DNA from: Marsupella aquatica
Lineage: Eukaryota > Plantae > Marchantiophyta
Reading direction: 5' to 3'
Length of the DNA stretch: 64,000 bases
NCBI GenBank assembly: GCA_973895155.1
Contig: OZ316898.1
Location: forward strand, 13,546,330-13,610,329
Positions 56,481 to 64,000 of this stretch are shown here, one piece after another. Both the position numbers and the translations under genes were made by a program. The notes beneath the pieces are model-generated. The model did no database searches. It was not told the origin of the DNA and was given only the letters and a program-made list of their open reading frames with translations. The first letter of the stretch is position 1; each line of letters opens with the position of its first letter.

Positions 56481-57380
56481 GAGTTCCTCTTTTGGATGGG
56501 CGTGGCCAAAAAGGAAAAAGTTGGTGTGATCTAAAGAATTGGATTGGCCTGCTTTCAAGGCCAAAAAGAAAAAAAGTTGGTGTGATCTAAAGAATTGGAT
56601 GGGCCTGCTTTCAAGGACATCGCTCCTCCATTTCCAGTTTTCCACACACATGGTCTTCACTTGTAGCGATACAAGCAGCAACCGAGGGCGGCAGAGAGCA
56701 AGCAGACAGCGAAAAGGAGCAACGAAGGCAGTCGATTAACGATGCGAATGCTGTCCTCCAAAAAAAATGGTTGCTCAGAACAAGAAGGAGGCACGGCCTC
56801 TCCCTGCCAACGGATGTTCTTTTTCTCATGTAGAACCTTCACTCTATGCTCCGGAATAGTAGTGGGGTGGATGGACTCCTGGTGAGGGGATCATCATCAT
56901 TCTGCAACGAACGACGAGGTTTGTTGGTGAAGTGATCATCATTCTGAAACGAACGACGAGGTTTGTTCACATCCTCCCATCACAATGACATGATGCAGAG
57001 GACAGATGCTCTTCAATGAGTAGGACGAGGACTTCAAACTTTTGGGGGCGATTGATAAGTGCCGTTCATGGTCTGGCGTCAGTGTGATCTCCCGTTCAGT
57101 CAGGTCAGGTAAGAGCAGTGTTTCGCAAGGCTGAAATCAAGGAGGAGCTGAAGCATTCGGAGTTGTGCAACGTAATTCGGAGATGAACAGCGATTATTCC
57201 TTCAAGGACTTCTTCACAGTGTCACGCCGATGATGACTGTGATGTTCAGGCACCGCGAGGCTGCTAGCTTTATTGGTCGACTATGATGTTCTGTTTCATG
57301 CTGCGGGCTGACTGAGATTGGTGTCGAAACGGTAAAGCAAGAAGAGCCGCTGCTGCCATAGTTGTAGTGCGTTAGTAGTA

Positions 57381-59165
57381 ATGGGGCGCAATTCGGAGAT
57401 CCAGTGTGTGAGTATGCGCTTTATGGTGCTCATCCCTGTTCTCATTGTCATCTTCCCGTCGTCCTGGATCCCGTCGCTGTCGTCGTTCTCTTATCACGGT
57501 CTCTCGGATTCTGTAAGAGGTCTACTGGGCTGGAGTATTCGTCCGACAGCTGAGTTGATTGTAACGAATGGAGTCATTTGGACTGGTGATCAGCATTTGC
57601 CGTGGGCCACGTCGATGGCAATTTCGCAAGGGCGTCTCTTAAGGGTTGGGTCGGTGCTGGAGGTGCAGAGCACAGCCGGTTCGCAGACTCAATACATGGA
57701 TTTGGAGGGCAAATTTGTGTCACCAGGATTTATTGACTCACATGTGCATTTCATTCCTGGTGGCATTAAGCTGACTTACTTGGACATGCACAATGTCCGG
57801 AGCCCGCTTGAATTTATTGAAAAGGTTGAATCAGCAGTAAAAGCTTTAGAGGAAGGGGTCTGGCTCTATGGAGATAGCTGGGACCATTATAATTGGGGTG
57901 GAGAGCTTCCCACAGCTTCATGGATTGACTATCTCACACCTAAAAATCCGGTTTGGATGACACGTGTCGATGGACACATGGGGCTTGCCAATTCGTATGC
58001 CTTGGCATTAGCTGGCATAGACGAAAGCACTGCTGAACCTGAGGGCGGAAATATTGTCCGAGGTGATGGTGGAGCTCCTACTGGACTGCTGGCAGAACAG
58101 GCTATGCGACTGGTGGTTCGAATCATCCCTGAACCTACGATTGAAGCTCGAAGGGAGGGGCTGGTCAAAGCTTGCAAGCTTGCACTGAGTCAAGGCATTA
58201 CTTCAGTTACTGATTTTGGGTCTTATGTACCTGGAGCGTCAAAAGAGGGCCCCTGGACTGATCTGCATGAAGTCTTCCTCCAGAGTACTTCAGCCCTTTG
58301 TGCCAGAGTTTGTGCGTTTATGCCCCTTGAAACCTGGCCTCAAGTGGTAGAATTGATGGAAGAAAAGGGCCGAGTGCTCAATGACTGGGTCAGAATTGGT
58401 GGGGTGAAGGCCTTTGCGGATGGAACCCTAGGCTCTAGCACTGCATTCTTTCATGAGCCCTATGCAGACGACATTAACAACCATGGGGGATTTGTGACAG
58501 ATATGGATTGGATGAAAACGGCAATCATTGATGCTGACAAAGCAGGTCTTCAGGTTGCAATTCATACCATTGGTGATGCGGCGGTTGACCATTTGCTTTC
58601 AATTGTTGAAGCTGTGAACTCCAGTAATGGACATCGAGATCGGCGATTCAGGTTAGAGCATGTCCAACACCTGTCACCAGGAGGTCCTGCTCGTGTTGCA
58701 GCTAGTGGCATTATAGCCTCAGTCCAACCTGTGCATCTCTTAGGTGATGCGAAATACGCTAACAAAAAACTAGGAGAAGAAAGAGCAACGCAAGGATCCT
58801 ATGCTTTCTCTTCAATGTTGGGAAATGGGACACGGCTGGTGTTCGGATCGGATTGGAATGTTGTGCCTCTGGATGCTCTGGCGGGAATGAAAGCAGCTGT
58901 GGACAGGACACCAGACGGTTGGAGTCGTCCGTGGATTGCCTCAGAATTAATTCCAATGGAGGTTGCGCTTAAGGGTTACACATCGGATGCAGCATATGCC
59001 AGTTTCATCGATGAAGATGTGGGTTCTTTGACTCCTGGAAAGTTTGCTGATTTTGTCATACTCTCTGGCAATGTGCTTACATCATCTACTCATGCTATGC
59101 CTAAGGTTCTAGCCACCTATGTTGGGGGTGTGCTTGCCTACTCGACGGCATCACCCCCTTCATAA
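57381..59165 (+). CDS. LAF3: Amidohydrolase family 3 (YtcJ/LAF3-like), single exon, N-terminal hydrophobic anchor
   Basis: PGFIDSHVH, RVDGHMGLANS, KAFADGTLGS, IHTIGD, RLEHVQH, FGSDW, GSLTPGKFADFVIL. Confidence 0.88.
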   Translation: MGRNSEIQCVSMRFMVLIPVLIVIFPSSWIPSLSSFSYHGLSDSVRGLLGWSIRPTAELIVTNGVIWTGDQHLPWATSMAISQGRLLRVGSVLEVQSTAGSQTQYMDLEGKFVSPGFIDSHVHFIPGGIKLTYLDMHNVRSPLEFIEKVESAVKALEEGVWLYGDSWDHYNWGGELPTASWIDYLTPKNPVWMTRVDGHMGLANSYALALAGIDESTAEPEGGNIVRGDGGAPTGLLAEQAMRLVVRIIPEPTIEARREGLVKACKLALSQGITSVTDFGSYVPGASKEGPWTDLHEVFLQSTSALCARVCAFMPLETWPQVVELMEEKGRVLNDWVRIGGVKAFADGTLGSSTAFFHEPYADDINNHGGFVTDMDWMKTAIIDADKAGLQVAIHTIGDAAVDHLLSIVEAVNSSNGHRDRRFRLEHVQHLSPGGPARVAASGIIASVQPVHLLGDAKYANKKLGEERATQGSYAFSSMLGNGTRLVFGSDWNVVPLDALAGMKAAVDRTPDGWSRPWIASELIPMEVALKGYTSDAAYASFIDEDVGSLTPGKFADFVILSGNVLTSSTHAMPKVLATYVGGVLAYSTASPPS

Positions 59166-59751
59166 CCACCAAACATAGTTTCATCCTCCACTGGGCCCGT
59201 ATTCCAGAAGAGTTTTCTGTACCTCGTTGACAGCAAACTGTAGCCTTTCTGAGAGTGTTTGGTACTGAAAGCTTTCAAATGGGTTTTCCTTCCTTTCGGA
59301 GACATACCACTCTTTATTCCAGGGTGGTGAGTTGGATCGCAGCTGATGTCAATGATTGATATCATCTCCTACAGAGTGCGGAAGTGGGAAAGAAAGGATA
59401 ACTCTGTGCATACTATCAGCCTGCACAGGTATGGAGTTTGTCGGCTACGATTCCAGTCCAATGGCCGATTGTCAACAGTACTCGTTAGCATTGTGGGCAC
59501 TAAGAACGACAAGTTCACATTGTCCCTGCCGTCAATTATTTGTAGGAGTGTGACCTAAGCTGGTCTGTTGGAATTTTCATCGCTGAGGCTCACATTTACG
59601 GCAGCAAAGATCCGAAAGCGCTGTCTTATGTAACACTGAGTCATTACTTCCCGAACCTTGTGCGCAGAGCCGACGGTTTTGCACTTCACTGCCTCCAAAT
59701 TGCCTCGCAGTTTGGAGGTAAAACGAAAGTGACAACAGCAACAACATTGTA

Positions 59752-60005
59752 GCTCGATTTGCGTCAACAGGATTTCTAATTCACGCCATGCATAGGCACT
59801 TTTCGTCAGGATTATGGTAAAACACAGCTTCTCTCGAAGGACAAAGGAAGAGCCATGAAAAAAAGGCTGGTCAAGACACTCGATTTGTTCGTCAACAGGA
59901 TTTCTAATTCATGCCATGTATAGGCACTTTTCGTCGGGATTACGGTAAAACACAGCTTCTCTCGAAGGACAAAGGAAGAGCCATGAAAAAAGGCTGGTCA
60001 AGACA
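59752..60005. repeat. ~127-bp tandem duplication
   Basis: CTCGATTTG..GTCAACAGGATTTCTAATTCA...GGCTGGTCAAGACA twice. Confidence 0.85.
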
Positions 60006-60632
60006 GGAGACGAGAAAGCTGAAAGAAAAAGCAAAATGATAGGGACCGACCTTGACCATTTATGTATTCTTCGGAGAGGAATGTAGATTTTACAAGTGAG
60101 AAACTGTACAGGAGACCCTCAACATTAGGGGACGCATGGTCTGACTAGTCCATAAGTTTGACTAGTTACAGGCTACGTGAGAAAATCTAGAACCTCAAGG
60201 TGATCCGGGGTATTCAAACAGAGTTCGCCCGTTGTCTGCGTCTGTCTACTGTGTGCGTACGTGAATCCTTTTCTTGCGGATCGTTCGCACTGTATGTATG
60301 TGTATATCTATGTGTGTCTATGCCCTTGACGCTATGAATTCCCGCTCCTATTTAGAGCCTGTAAAATGGAAACCTCTGTAATTCCGTCTAATAATTTAGG
60401 TCCTGAGAATATGAAACTACTGTAACTCAAGGTGACTCATGCATGATGAACTGGACAATTTTAAATTAAATCTAGTTTCTAAATTTGTCTACCTGGGCTG
60501 GTCACATCTGTCTGCATAGCAATCTTATGGACTTCTTTTTCAAAAATTCAAACTTGGGGTCGATGGGGAATTATTCTACTTGGCTCCCCAGCTGAGCAGT
60601 CCCATGGACTTCTAACGAGAATTTGAAACCTT

Positions 60633-60752
60633 AAAATCTATGGAAATAATTTTACCGAACCTAAGGTACCTAGATATCATGCATGATGCCAAAAATCTAT
60701 GGAAATAATTTTACCGAACCTAAGGTACCTAGATATCATGCATGATGCCAAA
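60633..60752. repeat. 60-bp perfect tandem duplication
   Basis: AAAATCTATGGAAATAATTTTACCGAACCTAAGGTACCTAGATATCATGCATGATGCC twice. Confidence 0.9.
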
Positions 60753-61048
60753 TTTTTTACATCCCGACCTTCTTGAAGGAGGTGGTTCCATAGCAAGAAG
60801 ACAAGTAGGTAGATTGATTCCGAGATTATTGAGAGGGAACTCTAGTACTCCTGCTCTGGTGTGCGCTTCTCTAAATCTGACAAGGAGAGTAGTGGGCTTA
60901 ATCCTAGAATTTTCTGGCACCAGAATAATGAAATTCGCCAAGGTGGGGTTGATCATCATCAGCACCTAGCAGACGGTCAGACCAGCCTGCCCGCTACCCG
61001 ATGAGAAGGAGAAATCTGTTGCGGGGCCCCTGCTCTGGTCTGCTAAGC

Positions 61049-62889
61049 TCATCTCATGGCTGTAGCAGGTGCTCGTAGCTCCGCTTGCCCATGAGCAAAA
61101 TGGCATCTGTCAGCAAATGTGCAAGTTCCTTGGACAAAATTCTCACACATCTTGGTCTTGAAGTTGTGGGAGCCCAGAGCTGCAGCCTTTGGAGCCACCA
61201 TCTCTCTGTTCTGCAGAAACTGTCTGACCATCTCGCTAGCACTCTCTATTTGCTCCAACGAACCCTCCATTTCCACATTCCTCATGTTAGGATCGGTCTC
61301 GTGCTCTCGAATGGATAGCTTGGCTCCCGTAAGCCGACTAATTTGTTTCACATTAGAGCCTGCTTTGCCAATGATGGCCCCAGCGAACACAGCTTCGATG
61401 CTGATCTTGGTGGTTGATGTGGCTCCAAATCCAGATGTAGTTACGCCAGGTGGCGTGGGCTCTCCATAGTAAAGAGCAGACGCCACAGTAGGCGAAATGT
61501 AGGATGGTGGAGCAATTCCGACATGGCCATTGGTGTATGTCCCCGAGTGAGCTCCTGCTATCTGCCCTGAATAGTCCACAACGGGGTTTGAACGGCCATT
61601 CGCACCACTACTACCCCCACCACGTGTGTTGGAAGGCCGCAGATCACTCTCCCCGTGCGCAAAATGGCATTTCTCCCCAAAGCGACATCCCTCGGGAGTG
61701 TTGTAACGATTACAGAGGCGCGTTTTGTATCCTCCCACGGTGACACTGGGATCTGTACTCGCGACGGCTCCTGGTACACTTTGAGGTTGGCCCAGGATGT
61801 TAGGAACACCTCCTATTCCACTGCCATTGCCCAGAATGTTCCGCACTCCACCTGCAGTCAGATTGGAGGCGCTCACGTTGGACAAGGGCGCCAAACCCAA
61901 AGATACGATCCCACCAGGCACATAATGCAAGAAATGGCAGCCTTCACCATACGGACATCCAGAAGTGCTGTCAGAAAGCCCCGGCCCGAACCCAAAAACA
62001 AAGGTAAGCCATCACAGCCTCAAATCTATACACGGTTACGCAGCAGCAATTGAGGAATGAATGCAGGTTGAGAATCTCATCTGAATCATCATCTTCCGTT
62101 CTACCGAACAGTACTAAACGACGTACGAAACCGTTTAAAATTAATTCACCCACCCAGTACCATCTTTGTCCGCTGCAGATCATACTCGCATGATGGATTG
62201 AGATGGTCATTCACACAGCATTGCAAAAACAAAACCAAAATCGAACCGAACTGAACTGGACCAAATAAAATCTGAATGCAAGAATGCAACACAAACCTGA
62301 AAAACTTGGTGCATGGCTTAGTTTTGCTACCCAGTGCCGAACCAAGCATTCCGAAGTCATCTGCAACCACTGCACCGCACCCACCCAGACACACGTTCCG
62401 CTACATTACTCTCAGAGTGAGACAAAGAAGAAGAAAAATAAAAGAATACGAAAGAACGGAGAAGAACTTGCCGCAATGGCCCCACACCCCTCCTCCCTCC
62501 ACACACGCAGGCACGCACGTGCAACGACAAATAATCATTCACCCGAAAATTAGTTTCGTCCATCGCGCGAGCAGATTGGACCGGTACCCACCAGTTATGG
62601 GTTGAGCAACTGCAGCATTTGCATATTGGTGAATTTGTTGATGATCTACAGCCACAACTCCATTTTGGTACCCGTTTGCTCCGGCTACTACTGTTTGCTG
62701 TTGCTGCGTCTGTTGTTGTTGTTGTTGTTGCTGTTGTTGTTGTTGCAGAGCATTCTGATTCCCGTTCGCTTGCTGCTGCTGCAGTTGTTGATGTTGCTGA
62801 TATTGCTGGTGCTGCTGATATTGCTGATGATGCTGCTGTAGAGCTTCGTATGGCCGAGCCTTCTTCTGCGGAGGCTCGTACGTTGCCAT
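61049..62889 (-). CDS. CCCH zinc-finger / KH-domain RNA-binding protein (KHZ1/KHZ2-like) with poly-Gln N-terminus; exons ~62592-62889, 62298-62361, 61049-61969
   Basis: KTKPCTKFFS|TSGCPYGEGCHFLH, KTRLCNRY...CRFGEKCHFAH, KH GAIIGKAGSNVKQI, KTKMCENF...CTFADRCHFAH. Confidence 0.9.
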
Positions 62890-64000
62890 TTATCTATCCT
62901 CGCCTCTCTCTCTCCCTCCCTCCCTCCCCTGCTCCGTCCTTCCTCTGTCTCTCCTTCCTCTGTCCTTCCACCCTTACCCTCCCTCCCTCCCTCCCTTCGG
63001 ACAGGAAAAGAATCCAAGCTCTCCCCTCTACCAATTCGTCCTCTACCAGCCAACAGCCACCCGGCCAAGCCAGCACGCGAGCCAGCCAGCCAGCCAGCCC
63101 GCCCCGCCCCGCCCGCCCGCCAAGAAAATCTTCCTGAATTATCGCAAACTCACTTGTCCTCGAGTACACGAGCAACCCGGCCACCAGCCAGCGAATTGCA
63201 CAGCTGCTGTCCTTCCTCGCCACTCCTCCAAACAAACGGTTTTCAAGAATCCCCGAGCTCTCTCACTCGCGTGATTTGCATGCTCATCCTCGTCCCTCAC
63301 TGGCTCCCCGTCGCCTCTGTACTCCCAGCACTCTCTTCCCCTCAATCCATCATTTCTTCTTCATCACTCCTCGACCTCTTCTTCCACACCAAAGCACCGC
63401 AACTCAACTCAACTCAACCCAACTCAACGCTACGCAACGCACGGCAAAGCTTACGACTACCGTGGAAGAAGAAGAAGAAGAAGATCATGAGCGCAATTCA
63501 AAGATCAATTTCTTTGGTGCGCACCTCAGACGACGACGACGACGACGAGCAATGTGCGGAATCCTCCACGGTCTCTCTCCCCCCAATTTCCGCGCCATAG
63601 AAGAGCATGCGTCTCGACCCCGTCCGCCTTTCTCTGTGGGATAGCGCCCTCGACTCCCATTCCGTGCCTCCCATTCCCGCCACTGTAACGAGCGCCCCGC
63701 GAATCTTCGCGAATCTTCCGTTCTTGTGCACTCTACGCTGCGGGCCGGCGGTTCTCGTAACCAAAGGGGGCAGTTAGAAACTAACCATTCGAGAGCGGTG
63801 AATCTTTGCGCTGGCGGGTAGAACACTACTCGTCTCGTAAATTTTTTTATTTGCCTCCGCCTCACGATTTGTGAGTTTCTGTTCTCTCCGCTCGAAACCT
63901 GTCTGCTCCCCCCTCTTGTTGCCTAATCTCCGATACGTGCATGCGTTAGTGCTGATTACGGTTAGCCGCTGTGATTCCGCTTTCCACCGTGATCTCGGAT

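Noticed and set aside
62600-63870. Overlapping low-complexity ORFs upstream of and antisense to the KH-CCCH gene
   Set aside because: Translations of CAG/CAA, CT and GAC/GAA microsatellites in the poly-Gln exon and 5' leader.

Overview
Eukaryotic, land-plant DNA; gene style and transposon content suggest a non-seed plant such as a liverwort (inference). Host genes: a multi-exon NIMA-related kinase (NEK, minus), thioredoxin f, intronless ALG9 mannosyltransferase, intronless LAF3/YtcJ-like amidohydrolase, a CCCH-KH zinc-finger protein, and two small basic, probably N-myristoylated paralogous ORFs. The centre (17391-39298) is a nested transposon cluster. The host element is a ~9.5-kb Ty3/Gypsy retrotransposon whose polyprotein carries a C5-cytosine DNA methyltransferase domain between protease and RT and a PHD finger after the DDE integrase. 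It lacks ordinary LTRs: its repeats are arranged A-internal-B-A-B (split direct repeats) with a 4-bp TSD. Its candidate self-priming site and PPT predict exactly the observed A|B junction, which suggests integration of a 2-LTR circle through an internal GACA-gc-TGTC site. Three other LTR elements are inserted in its integrase. Two of these, with otherwise diverged LTRs, each encode the same pair of ~65-70 aa microproteins inside the LTR, one starting with an EAR-like DLNxxP motif. All alignments and counts were done by eye; no database searches were run.
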